Shown here: in pieces, positions 52,353 through 62,077 of the stretch | Position numbering within the stretch: the stretch's first letter is position 1 | How the letters are laid out: the number at the start of each line of letters is the position of its first letter | Source: Planctomycetota bacterium | GTDB taxonomy: Bacteria; Planctomycetota; Brocadiia; SM23-32 | Direction: 5' to 3' | DNA length: 64,000 nt | Assembly: GCA_021161675.1 (NCBI GenBank) | Contig: JAGHAF010000077.1 | Span: 7,404-71,403 of the forward strand | The notes under the pieces: generated by a model | Database searches by the model: none | What the model was told of the DNA's origin: nothing | What the model saw: only the letters and a program-made list of their open reading frames with translations | Made by a program: the position numbers and the translations under genes

Positions 52353-53222
52353 ATGAGTGATATTCCGGTGCTCCACGTCTCCGGGGAGAACGTGCCGGAG
52401 GCCTGGGAGAAGGCCGTGCTGGCGGTCTGGGACGAAGGGGTGGAGGTCAAGACGGAGTACGACCGCCCGGGCGATCCCCCGAGCCTGGACGCCACGGTGA
52501 TGGTAGAAGTTCGCCGGCCGCTCGCGGAGCCGCGCATCCACAAGAATTTCCCCGGCGGGCCGACCGATCTGGAGTCCTACCGCCAGGAGGTGGTCAAGGG
52601 GATTCACGATCACTGGATCAACCCGGCCGAGGGCAAGTGGACCTATACCTACCACCAGCGGCTCTTCGCGTATCGGCCCTTGCAGGACCTGGAGAATCCG
52701 CAGGAAGGGCCTCAATTCCCCCCCCTCGACCAGGTGGATTACATAGTGGAGAAGCTGGCGGCGGCGCCCCACAGCCGGCGGGCGCAGGCCGTCACGTGGA
52801 TTCCGCACTGCGACCCCGGCGCCGACGATCCGCCCTGCCTCCAACGAGTTTGGGCGCGGCTGCTCCCGGCCGGGCAGGGATACCGGCTGAGCATGAACAC
52901 GCACTGGCGCTCCAGAGACGTCTACAAGGCATGGTTCATGAACGTCTACGTTCTGACGGACCTCCAGCGCATCTTGGCGGGGCGCCTTGAGCAGCGGCTG
53001 GACGCTGCCGTCGCGGTCGGGCGTTACGCGGACGTGTCCGACTCCCTGCACATCTACGGCAGCTATCGCGACGCGGACCTGGAGCGGGAGATCGAGAAGA
53101 TGAAGAGCAGCCCGTACACGGAGCGGGCCTGGGACAGCGCGGTCTTCGAACCCATGTTCGAGGAGACCCGCCGGAACCTGGCCGGCGACCCGGACTACTA
53201 CGCCAGGGGCGAGACGGGCTGA
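52353..53222 (+). CDS. thymidylate synthase family protein (divergent ThyA-like)
   Basis: DQVDYIVEKL ... SRRAQAVTWIPH ... DPPCLQRVWARL ... THWRSRDVYKAWFMNVYVL ... DSLHIYGS parallels the ThyA DQL ... SRR ... SAWNP ... PPCH ... QRS.D ... GD.H.Y blocks, with substitutions. Confidence 0.6.
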   Translation: MSDIPVLHVSGENVPEAWEKAVLAVWDEGVEVKTEYDRPGDPPSLDATVMVEVRRPLAEPRIHKNFPGGPTDLESYRQEVVKGIHDHWINPAEGKWTYTYHQRLFAYRPLQDLENPQEGPQFPPLDQVDYIVEKLAAAPHSRRAQAVTWIPHCDPGADDPPCLQRVWARLLPAGQGYRLSMNTHWRSRDVYKAWFMNVYVLTDLQRILAGRLEQRLDAAVAVGRYADVSDSLHIYGSYRDADLEREIEKMKSSPYTERAWDSAVFEPMFEETRRNLAGDPDYYARGETG

Positions 53223-53298
53223 ACTGACGGCCTGCGAGCGGTTCTTGTCCGGCTTCATGCGGCGCGCAGCCCGGCGTCCGGATCGAACGGGAGTAACT

Positions 53299-56070
53299 AT
53301 GTCCAGTGCCGACGGCGGCAGTTCAGATGCTTTAGCCCTTTCGGCGCCGGAGCGTCCCTGGCACACCCTGGGCGCCGAAGAGGCCGTCCGGAAGCTGAAA
53401 ACCGACCCCGAGGCCGGCCTGTCGGGCAAGCAGGCCCGCCGGCGCCTGAATCAGCACGGCCCCAATCACCTGCGGCAGGCTCGCCGCGTGCCCTGGTGGC
53501 AGGTCCTGGGCCGGCAGCTGAAGAGCCTGGTGGCGTTTCTTCTGGTGGCGGCCGCGATTGTGGCGTTTTCCATGGGCGAGGCGCTGGAGGGCTGCAGCAT
53601 CATCGTAGTGCTCCTGCTGAACGTGATCATCGGCTTTTTCACCGAATATCGCGCCGGCCGGGCCATGGAGGCGCTTCAGAAGCTGGGCGGCCGTAACGCC
53701 GTGGCCGTTCGGGACGGACGGCCCGAGACGATCTCGGCGACTGACGTGGTCCCGGGGGACATACTTTTGCTCCAGGAGGGCGACTACGTGCCTGCCGACG
53801 GCCGCCTCGTCGAGGTGGCCGGCCTGCAGGTGGACGAATCCTCCCTGACAGGGGAATCGCTGCCCGTGGCGAAGCGAATCGCGCCCCTGGAAGACCCGGA
53901 CACCGCTCTGGCGGATCGCGCCTGCATGGTGTTCAAGGGAACGCACGTCACCACGGGGAACGCCCGCGTGGCTGTCACTGCCACCGGGATGAAAACGGAA
54001 ATCGGCCGCGTCAGCGCGCTGGTCACCGCCACCGAGGACATGGAGACCCCCCTGGAGCGGCGGCTGGCTGAGATGGGGCGTCGCCTGATTGCGCTCTGTC
54101 TGGCCGTGGCGCTGGTGGTGGTCCTTGCCGGCATTGCCCAGGGCCAGCGGATCGGCCTGATGATCGAGGTGGGCATAGCGCTGGCCATCGCGGCGGTTCC
54201 GGAGGGCCTTCCCGTTGTGGCGACCGTTGCGCTCGCCGTGGGGATGCGCAGGATGGCCCGGCGCAATGCGCTGGTGCGGCGCCTGGCCGCCGTCGAGACC
54301 CTGGGCTCGGTCACCTGCGTCTGCACGGACAAGACCGGCACCCTGACCCGTAACGAGATGACCGTGGCGCGGATCGTTCTGCCCGGTCGCGAGATCGAGG
54401 TCTGGGGCTCGGGCTATGAACCCGATGGCCGTTTCGTCGAGAACGGCGCGCAGGCGCACCCCCGCGCCGACCTGCATCTGCGCGCGCTGCTGGTGGCGGC
54501 GTCCCTCTGCAATAACGCCAATCTGCGCAAGTCCGAAGATGGCCGGTGGGAGGTGACGGGCGACCCCACGGAAGCGGCGCTTATCGTGGCCGCTGAAAAG
54601 GCGGGCATCGACACGGCGGCCCTGCGTCGCGAGCACCGGGAACTCCAAGAGTTCGCCTTTTCCAGCGATATCATGCTGATGGGCACGGTGAACGCCGGGC
54701 TGGACGCCCTGCTGCGGCCAGGCGCCGGGAGAGCGCTCGCCGTGAAGGGCGCGCCGGATCGGGTGCTGCGGCACTGCCGGAGGATGCTTACCGCCGGCGG
54801 TGTGCGGCCCATGGAAGCGGCGGACCGGGCGGCAGCGCTCGATGCGAACCATGCGCTGGCGGCGGACGGGCGCCGCGTGCTCGGGGTGGCGTTCCGCCCC
54901 GTGGAAGAGCCGCCTGCCGGCGAAGCGGAAGCCTACCGGGACCTGATATGGGCCGGGCTGATGGGGCTGGAGGACCCGACCCGCGACGAGGTGCGCCAGA
55001 CCGTGGACGTCCTGACCGAGGCAGGCGTCAAGACCGTGATGATAACGGGCGACCAGGCCCCGACCGCCGCACGCGTCGCCGCGGCCCTGCACATCGCGCC
55101 TGACGGGTCGCCCGTGCTCTCGGGCAGAGACCTGCAGCGGCTCAGCGAGGAGGAACTGGCCGAACGGCTGCGCGAGGTGGAAGTGTTAGCCCGCGTCAGC
55201 CCTGAGCAAAAGGTCGATATCCTGCGCGCCCTCCAGCGGCGGGGCGAGATATGCGCGATGCTCGGCGACGGGGTGAACGACGCCGTCGCGCTCAAAGGCG
55301 CCGACATCGGGGTGGCCATGGGAATAAAGGGCGCCGACGTGGCCAAAGAGACCGCGGATATGATCCTGCTGGACGATCGGTTCGTCACCATTGGGCACGC
55401 CGTCGAGCAGGGGCGAATCATCTACGCCAACATCAAGAAGTTCATCCACTACCTGTTCAGCTGCAACCTGAGCGAGGTCTGCACGATGCTGGGGGCCTCC
55501 CTGCTGGGCCGGCCGCTTCCCCTGCTGCCGCTCCAGATACTGTGGCTCAACATGATTACGGACGTCCTTCCGGCGCTCGCGCTGGCCATGGAACCGGGCG
55601 AGGAGGGCATTATGAAGCGCCCGCCGCGCCCGCCGGACGCCGCGCTGCTGGGCCGCCGCGCCACGGGTTCAATTCTGGGATACGGGCTTCTGATAACGGT
55701 GGCCACGATGGCGGCGTTCCTGTATGGCCGCTTCGCGCATGGGGTTGTTGAGTCGGGGCCGGACCCGGCGATCACGATGAGTTTCCTCACGATCGGGTTC
55801 GCGCAGATCTTCCACGTGTTCAACTCCCGCAAGGAAGGGCGCGCGCTGCGTGGCGCCGAGTGGTGGAGTAACCCCTTCGTGCTGGGGGCAATAGGGCTGA
55901 CCGTGGCGCTGCAGCTTGCGGCCGTCTACCTGCCCGGCCTGAACGCCGCGCTCAGAACCGCGCGGCCGGCGCCGATGGACTGGCTGGTGATAGGGACCTG
56001 CTCGCTGATGCCGCTCGTGGTCGGGCAGGCGATCCGGCGCGCTTTTCCAAGGATGAAGGATGAAGGATGA
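53299..56070 (+). CDS. P-type cation-transporting ATPase (type IIA, Ca/Mg-like)
   Basis: DKTGTLT phosphorylation motif, TGES, MITGD, GDGVNDAVALK, and 10 TM segments; 923 aa. Confidence 0.9.
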   Translation: MSSADGGSSDALALSAPERPWHTLGAEEAVRKLKTDPEAGLSGKQARRRLNQHGPNHLRQARRVPWWQVLGRQLKSLVAFLLVAAAIVAFSMGEALEGCSIIVVLLLNVIIGFFTEYRAGRAMEALQKLGGRNAVAVRDGRPETISATDVVPGDILLLQEGDYVPADGRLVEVAGLQVDESSLTGESLPVAKRIAPLEDPDTALADRACMVFKGTHVTTGNARVAVTATGMKTEIGRVSALVTATEDMETPLERRLAEMGRRLIALCLAVALVVVLAGIAQGQRIGLMIEVGIALAIAAVPEGLPVVATVALAVGMRRMARRNALVRRLAAVETLGSVTCVCTDKTGTLTRNEMTVARIVLPGREIEVWGSGYEPDGRFVENGAQAHPRADLHLRALLVAASLCNNANLRKSEDGRWEVTGDPTEAALIVAAEKAGIDTAALRREHRELQEFAFSSDIMLMGTVNAGLDALLRPGAGRALAVKGAPDRVLRHCRRMLTAGGVRPMEAADRAAALDANHALAADGRRVLGVAFRPVEEPPAGEAEAYRDLIWAGLMGLEDPTRDEVRQTVDVLTEAGVKTVMITGDQAPTAARVAAALHIAPDGSPVLSGRDLQRLSEEELAERLREVEVLARVSPEQKVDILRALQRRGEICAMLGDGVNDAVALKGADIGVAMGIKGADVAKETADMILLDDRFVTIGHAVEQGRIIYANIKKFIHYLFSCNLSEVCTMLGASLLGRPLPLLPLQILWLNMITDVLPALALAMEPGEEGIMKRPPRPPDAALLGRRATGSILGYGLLITVATMAAFLYGRFAHGVVESGPDPAITMSFLTIGFAQIFHVFNSRKEGRALRGAEWWSNPFVLGAIGLTVALQLAAVYLPGLNAALRTARPAPMDWLVIGTCSLMPLVVGQAIRRAFPRMKDEG

Positions 56071-56144
56071 GTTGAACGGCAACGGCGAAAGTTTGCGCCG
56101 AAGCTTTCTTTTCTTGCCTTTATCCTTTATCCTTCCGTCTTATA

Positions 56145-57539
56145 ATGAGATATATCTCCACACGCGGCGGCGTTGAGCCGATAAGCTTTCAGGACGCCGT
56201 TCTGATGGGGCTGGCCGACGATGGCGGGCTCCTCATCCCGGAATCGCTGCCCGATGTTGCGGACCGCCTGCCCCGGTGGCGGGACATGGACTACTGCGAA
56301 CTGGCGTTCGAAGTGATGCGGCTTTTCGCCACGGACCTTCCCGAAGACGACCTGCGCGGCCTGGTGGACATGACCTACGGCCCCGCATATGGCGGGCCCG
56401 TCGCTCCGACCAGGGAGGTGGGGCCTTTCTACGTCGTTGAGCTGTGGCACGGGCCCACCCTGGCGTTCAAGGACGTGGCCCTGCAATTCCTGGGCAATCT
56501 CTTCGAATACACGCTGGCCCGTCGGGGCGGCGAACTCAACATACTGGGCGCCACCAGCGGAGACACCGGCAGCGCGGCGATCTGCGGGTGCCGGGGCCGG
56601 GACGGAATCCGCATCTTCATCCTGCACCCGGAGGGCGGCGTTTCCCCCATCCAGAAGCGACAGATGACGACGGTGCTGGACGAGAACGTCCACAACATCG
56701 CGATCGAAGGCAGCTTTGATGACTGCCAGAGCATCGTCAAATCACTGGCCTCCGACCTGGATTTCAAGGCGCGATACTCCCTCGGCGCGGTCAATTCCAT
56801 CAATTGGGCGCGCGTTATGGCGCAGGTAACATATTTTTTCAGCGCACTTTTTGACGTTCAGAAGATGAGCGGCGCGGCGCAGGCGCAGGTGTGCGTCCCC
56901 ACGGGGAATTTCGGGGACATCCTGGCGGGGTGGTACGCGATGAAGATGGGCGCGCCAATCAGCCGGCTCCTGCTGGCCACCAATGAGAACGATATCCTGG
57001 CCCGTTTCTTCGACACCGGCGAATACTCGCGCGGCGAGGTGCGGCAGACCCTCGCGCCGGCCATGGACATTCAGGTGGCCAGCAACTTCGAGCGATACCT
57101 TTACTACCGCGTCGGCGAGGACCCGGAGCGTTTGAAGGCTCTGATGGACCAGTTCCAACTAACGGGGGCGTTCCAGCTCGAATTGGGCGACGCTGAGGCC
57201 GTTGATCCCGACCTCGTGGCGGACACGGGCCGCAGGCAAGACTGTCTGGATACGATCCGGCAGTTCTACGTCCGGCACGATTACCTGCTGGACCCCCACA
57301 CGGCGGTGGGCGTCTCTGTGGCGAAGCGCCATCAACTGGACCACGCCCCCACGCTCTGCCTTGCCACGGCGCATCCGGCCAAGTTCCCGGACGCCGTCCG
57401 GCAGGCCGTGGGCGAAGACGTAGCGCACCATCCTGAGATTGACGCCCTCATGCAGCGTCCCACCCGCTGCGAGACGCTGCCCGGCGACGAAGGGGCGGTG
57501 CGCCGCTACATAGAACACGCCGTGGAGGATGGGCTGTAA
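56145..57539 (+). CDS. thrC: threonine synthase
   Basis: MRYISTRGG ... ELWHGPTLAFKD PLP-lysine region; 464 aa. Confidence 0.9.
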   Translation: MRYISTRGGVEPISFQDAVLMGLADDGGLLIPESLPDVADRLPRWRDMDYCELAFEVMRLFATDLPEDDLRGLVDMTYGPAYGGPVAPTREVGPFYVVELWHGPTLAFKDVALQFLGNLFEYTLARRGGELNILGATSGDTGSAAICGCRGRDGIRIFILHPEGGVSPIQKRQMTTVLDENVHNIAIEGSFDDCQSIVKSLASDLDFKARYSLGAVNSINWARVMAQVTYFFSALFDVQKMSGAAQAQVCVPTGNFGDILAGWYAMKMGAPISRLLLATNENDILARFFDTGEYSRGEVRQTLAPAMDIQVASNFERYLYYRVGEDPERLKALMDQFQLTGAFQLELGDAEAVDPDLVADTGRRQDCLDTIRQFYVRHDYLLDPHTAVGVSVAKRHQLDHAPTLCLATAHPAKFPDAVRQAVGEDVAHHPEIDALMQRPTRCETLPGDEGAVRRYIEHAVEDGL

Positions 57540-57732
57540 CATTTTGCGCCGCTCACGCGCTGTTGCCGCGCCCCCCCGGCGCAAGCGCCGACTTGCCATA
57601 AGGCTTGACATTGGAGGCTGATACGATGTAGGCTTTCTTACAGCCCTGTTTGGGACAGGTTTGGTATGAGGTTTGCGCCAAACCTGAGTGTCGTTACTTG
57701 TTTCCCGTTTCTACAGAATCGGAGGTGCTCCG

Positions 57733-57906
57733 ATGTCACAGTATCTTAGTAGGATGTGGTTGGCTCTGCAGACCAAAAAGGGGCAGAGTCTGGTGGAGTA
57801 CGCGTTGATCCTTGCCCTGGTGGCCATCGTGGTCATCACGGCGCTGACGGCTCTTGGTGGCAAGGCGTCCAACACGATGTCGAACGTCTCGAACGCCCTG
57901 CCGTAA
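57733..57906 (+). CDS. flp: Flp/Fap family type IVb pilin
   Basis: KKGQSLVEYALILALVAIVVITAL Flp motif (G-x-S/T-x-VEY) followed by a hydrophobic helix; GGAGG RBS before the ATG at 57733. Confidence 0.7.
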   Translation: MSQYLSRMWLALQTKKGQSLVEYALILALVAIVVITALTALGGKASNTMSNVSNALP

Positions 57907-58016
57907 GCGAACCCCCCTTAACGTAGACGTGGGCAAGGCCCGCCTTGATTCGGGGCGGGCCTTGCCTTATTGCGCGGCGAAGTTCCAACCAGATGCTGTC
58001 AAGGTGTTCACCAGGT

Positions 58017-58202
58017 ATGGAGGTCATGTTAGATTCATCGCCGTCTCATTGCAGCAAGCGGGCGCAGACGCTGGTCGAATTCCTTCTGGTTCTCTTGCTG
58101 GTTGCCATCGTGCTCATTGTGGCCCTGAGGAGCACGGGGGGGAAAGTGAGCCCACCCCTCGAGCAGACGGCCAATTCCCTGGAGAATGTCCAACCTGAGT
58201 AG
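58017..58202 (+). CDS. second Flp-like pilin
   Basis: KRAQTLVEFLLVLLLVAIVLIVAL shows the same architecture, 110 bp downstream of the first. Confidence 0.5.
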   Translation: MEVMLDSSPSHCSKRAQTLVEFLLVLLLVAIVLIVALRSTGGKVSPPLEQTANSLENVQPE

Positions 58203-58208
58203 CCGCGC

Positions 58209-58994
58209 TCACGCGAGCACATCCTGCATCGTGTAGAAGCCGGCTTCTTGTCCTGCCAGGAACTTTGCCGCCTCCAGCGCGCCCCGTGCGAACACGTCCC
58301 GGCTGCTTGCCCGGTGCGTCAGTTCTATCCTTTCCCCTTCGCCGGCGAACATGACGGTGTGCTCGCCGACAATGTCTCCCCCGCGGATGGCGTGCACCCC
58401 GATCTCCGCCGGCGGCCTGGGTCCGACGGCGCCCTGCCGGCCGTGCCGCACCGTCCCCTGGCCCCTGCCCGGAACCTCGCGCAGACGACGAACCAGTTCT
58501 TCCGCGGTGCCGCTGGGGGCGTCCTTCTTGCGGCGGTGGTGGGCCTCGATAACTTCCACGTCGTAACCCTCCGGCAGGGCCCTGGCCGCGCCTTCCGCCA
58601 GGCTGAAGAGCAGGTTCACCCCCACCGACATGTTGGGGGCCATCAGCACGGGTATGCTCGCGGCCACCTGCCGCTCAATTTCCTCCCGCTGCGCATCACT
58701 CAGGCCGGTGGTGCCGATGACAAGGGGCGTCCCCGACTCCATGCACCTGCGCGCGCATCGAAGCGTCGCCTCCGGCGCGCTGAAGTCAACCACCACGTCG
58801 CAGTCCGTGGCGAGCGCCTCCGAAATCGGCACGCCCAGCGCGTCCACTGCGGCGAGCGTTCCGGCGTCCCGCCCCAGGTCCGGATGTCCGGGCCTGTCCG
58901 TGGCCCCGGCCAGCTCCATATCTTCCGTCGCTGCGACGAGCGCAATGACGCGCCGTCCCATGGCGCCCGCCGCGCCGTGCACCGTTATTCTCAT
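58209..58994 (-). CDS. dapB: 4-hydroxy-tetrahydrodipicolinate reductase
   Basis: MRITVHGAAGAMGRRVI ... DVVVDFSAPEA ... PLVIGTTG. Confidence 0.9.
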   Translation of the reverse strand: MRITVHGAAGAMGRRVIALVAATEDMELAGATDRPGHPDLGRDAGTLAAVDALGVPISEALATDCDVVVDFSAPEATLRCARRCMESGTPLVIGTTGLSDAQREEIERQVAASIPVLMAPNMSVGVNLLFSLAEGAARALPEGYDVEVIEAHHRRKKDAPSGTAEELVRRLREVPGRGQGTVRHGRQGAVGPRPPAEIGVHAIRGGDIVGEHTVMFAGEGERIELTHRASSRDVFARGALEAAKFLAGQEAGFYTMQDVLA

Positions 58995-59574
58995 GTTTGG
59001 CCCTTCCCTTTTCTCAGCTTCCGGCGTGCATGATAACCCGGCGAGTGGCTATAATAGGCGATTCGGCGAGTTAGCGCAAATCAGGCGCCCTGCCGGGCTG
59101 CAAAGGCGTGCGCTGTGGCCGCGAACAGCTCCGCAGGCGGACAAAGCATGGCCATGCCCGTCGGCGGCCGAGCCAACTCACGCAGCGCCGTTACGGCCTG
59201 CCTGCCTGTTGGATCCGTTTTCATCGGCCTTCACCCGCGGTTTCACGAGGTTTCTGACATGACTATGGAACTGCGGATGAATGCAAATAGACGCCGATCA
59301 GAGGTTGACCGTTTATCGCGAACTGCCGGCCCCAAGATCAGCAAAGGGGCGCCGTCCTCTCCTGCGCAGACAGCGGGCGGAAGCAGCCTCAGAAGCGCCC
59401 CAGGCTCTCCGAACTCCGGAGGCGGAGGCGCTAAAGGAGGGAGGTAATCGCGTTTCCCGCGCCAGGCCGACCTGTAGCTGTTTTTCCTGACCGGCAATCG
59501 TTTTTCCGAGAAAAGGCGACCGGGCGCGCAGAATGGGCCTTGCAAATTAGAAATAACTTTCTAAAATACAAGGC

Positions 59575-60741
59575 ATGATAAAGCGAACGGTACAGCGAGA
59601 ACTTCTTGAACGTCTGGCAATCTATCCGGCAGTGGCGCTGATCGGGCCTCGTCAGTGCGGCAAGACCACCCTGGCGCAGACGCTGGACGGCGCTTATTTC
59701 GACCTGGAACAGGAGGCCGAGCGCCTGCGCCTCGACCTCGAATGGGACGGCCTGGCCGCGGGAAAGGACCTGGTGATCCTCGACGAGGCGCAGTCCTGGC
59801 CCGAGGTCTTCCCGCGCCTCCGCGGAGCCATAGACCAGGACCGCAAGCGCATGGGCCGGTTCCTCCTGCTGGGGTCAGTATCTCTCTCTCTGATGGTCCA
59901 CGTGTCCGAGTCTTTGGCCGGCCGCTTGTCGCTGATCGAGTTGGCGCCTTTCCTCTTGAGCGAGCTGAGGACAAAGGCATCGCGCGAGCGCCGCTGGCTG
60001 TTCGGCGGCTACCCCGATGGCGGCGTGCTGAAGCCCGGGCAGTATCCCCGATGGCAACTGGACTACCTGGCGCTGCTGAGCCAGCGAGACCTGCCGTCAT
60101 GGGGGTTGCCAGCCAGGCCCCAGACCACCGAGCGGATGTTGCGTATGCTCGCCGCCTTGCACGGTCAAACGTGGAATGCTTCGCAGGTCGGGCAGAGCCT
60201 GGGGCTTTCATATCAGACGGTCAACAGCTACCTCGACTACCTTGTCGGAGCCTTTCTTATTCGAAGACTCCAACCCTACCGGGCGAACATCAAGAAACGG
60301 TTGGTCAAGAGCCCCAAGGTCTACTGGCGCGACAGCGGCCTCGTCCATGCCTTGCTGAACGTATCCGACCAGCGCGCTTTGCTCGCGCAACCGTGGGTCG
60401 GGGCGAGTTGGGAAGGTTACGTGATCAATCAGGCGCTCGGTGAATTGTCTTCTCTCGGTCGGGGCGTTGGCGCCTACTACTTCAGAACGAGCGATCGGCA
60501 CGAGCTGGACCTGGTGCTGGACTTTGGCAAAGAGCTTTGGGCCATCGAGGTAAAGCTGTCATCGTCGCCCGGGCCGGCCGACATGAGCCGATTGGATAAG
60601 GCCGCCGATATGATCAGCGCGTCGCGACGTTTCCTGGTCTCGCAGACAAGTCGCTCGAGCGGCGACGAGCGCAGGGCCTCCTGCAATCTGGCTTCGTTTC
60701 TGAAGCTTCTACGGGAGAGTGGCTCGCATACGACAGAGTAA
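59575..60741 (+). CDS. AAA+ ATPase with DUF4143 C-terminal domain
   Basis: Walker A GPRQCGKTT, Walker B LVILDEAQ, then the C-terminal DUF4143-like region; 388 aa. Confidence 0.75.
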   Translation: MIKRTVQRELLERLAIYPAVALIGPRQCGKTTLAQTLDGAYFDLEQEAERLRLDLEWDGLAAGKDLVILDEAQSWPEVFPRLRGAIDQDRKRMGRFLLLGSVSLSLMVHVSESLAGRLSLIELAPFLLSELRTKASRERRWLFGGYPDGGVLKPGQYPRWQLDYLALLSQRDLPSWGLPARPQTTERMLRMLAALHGQTWNASQVGQSLGLSYQTVNSYLDYLVGAFLIRRLQPYRANIKKRLVKSPKVYWRDSGLVHALLNVSDQRALLAQPWVGASWEGYVINQALGELSSLGRGVGAYYFRTSDRHELDLVLDFGKELWAIEVKLSSSPGPADMSRLDKAADMISASRRFLVSQTSRSSGDERRASCNLASFLKLLRESGSHTTE

Positions 60742-61021
60742 GACAGAAACCCGGACGGCCCCTCGCTTGTTCCCTTACAATTCTCAACCTATACTGGGAG
60801 GAGGCGATATCGAATATCGAAGGCTCTGGCGCCATCTGCGCGTAGCGCCGTTCGGCTTTTGTTTTTCGAACTTTCTGTGGATTCGTAGTACGGCTCGGCC
60901 TTCGCAGCCCCGCTGAGCGGGGCGCAGTAGGATGGCCGCAGATGAAGAATAGAGCGTTCAATAGTTGGATATTCTCGTTCTCTTAGCATTCCTCACTTCG
61001 GGGAAGTGTTACTTCTGCCCT

Positions 61022-62077
61022 ATGGGCCAAATCGAACATGAGCCGGAGCGCGCCTGCGTACGCGCCCCCAACTGGGTGGGCGACGTGGTAATGGCCACGC
61101 CGGCCTTCCGGGCCCTGCGCAGCGGCCTGCCGAAGGCGCACATATCGCTGGTCGTGCGGCGGCGGGTTGCGCCGGTTCTTCGGGGCGCCCCCTGGTTCGA
61201 TCAGGTTATCACGTACGACCCGGAGGGGCGCTGGGCGCCGGGGGAGTTTGTGCGCTGCGCAAGGGCGCTCAGGACGCCGCGGCGGGAGTTGGGCCTGCTG
61301 CTGCCGAACTCGCTGAGTTCGGCGCTGATGTTCAGGCTGGCCGGCGTGCGGCGGCGCGTCGGCTACAAGCGCGACTGCCGCTCCGTTCTGCTCACGGACG
61401 CCGTCCCCAGGCCTTCGGAGGGCGGCCGCTTCAAGCCGACGTACATGGTGGATTACTACCTGCGCCTCTGCGAGCGCGCCGGCCTGGAGGTCGCCGGCCG
61501 GCGCATGGAGCTGTTTTTTTCGGACGAGGACGCCGGGCGCGCGCAGCAAGTCCTGCGCCGCCAGGGCGTCGCGCCGGATGAAAGCCTGCACCTCTTGCAT
61601 CCCGGCGCGGGGTATGGCCCGTCAAAACGATGGCCGGCCGAACGCTTCGCGCGGCTGGCGGGGATGCTCAGTTCGGAGTTCGGGGCGAAGGTGGCCGTCA
61701 TCGGCGGCCCCGCGGAGCAGGCCGCCGCCCGCGCCATTCAGAGGCGAAGCTCAGGCGAAGTGACAAACCTGATTGATTGTGGCATTGACCTGCATCTGCT
61801 CAAGTGCGTGGTGGCAAGGAGCGGGCTGCTGGTCACGACGGATTCGGGGCCCCGCCATTACGGGGTGGCGCTTGGCGTCCCCACCGTCTGCGTAATGGGC
61901 CCCACCCATCCCGCTTATTCGACCAGCGACCTGCCGAACGACCGGGTGGTGCGGCTGGACGTGGAGTGCGGCCCCTGCCAGCGGAAGGTATGCCCGCTGG
62001 ACCATCGCTGCATGGAAGACATCAGCGCCAGAATGGTTTTCGACGCGTGCGCGGAGGCTATAGCAGCAGGTTGCTAA
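61022..62077 (+). CDS. glycosyltransferase family 9 (LPS heptosyltransferase-like)
   Basis: PNWVGDVVMATPAFRALR N-terminus and the C-terminal TTDSGPRHYGVALGVPTVCVMGPT motif of GT9; ATG at 61022. Confidence 0.7.
   Translation: MGQIEHEPERACVRAPNWVGDVVMATPAFRALRSGLPKAHISLVVRRRVAPVLRGAPWFDQVITYDPEGRWAPGEFVRCARALRTPRRELGLLLPNSLSSALMFRLAGVRRRVGYKRDCRSVLLTDAVPRPSEGGRFKPTYMVDYYLRLCERAGLEVAGRRMELFFSDEDAGRAQQVLRRQGVAPDESLHLLHPGAGYGPSKRWPAERFARLAGMLSSEFGAKVAVIGGPAEQAAARAIQRRSSGEVTNLIDCGIDLHLLKCVVARSGLLVTTDSGPRHYGVALGVPTVCVMGPTHPAYSTSDLPNDRVVRLDVECGPCQRKVCPLDHRCMEDISARMVFDACAEAIAAGC

Noticed and set aside
56071-56144. Possible terminator GAAAG ... CTTTC TTTTCTT between the P-type ATPase and thrC
   Set aside because: The stem is only 5 bp with a 12-nt loop, too weak to call
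60899-60925. GC-rich hairpin GCCCCGCTGAGCGGGGC after the DUF4143 ATPase as a Rho-independent terminator
   Set aside because: No trailing U-tract, and it is 160 bp past the stop. It may be a structural hairpin, but it is not a confident terminator
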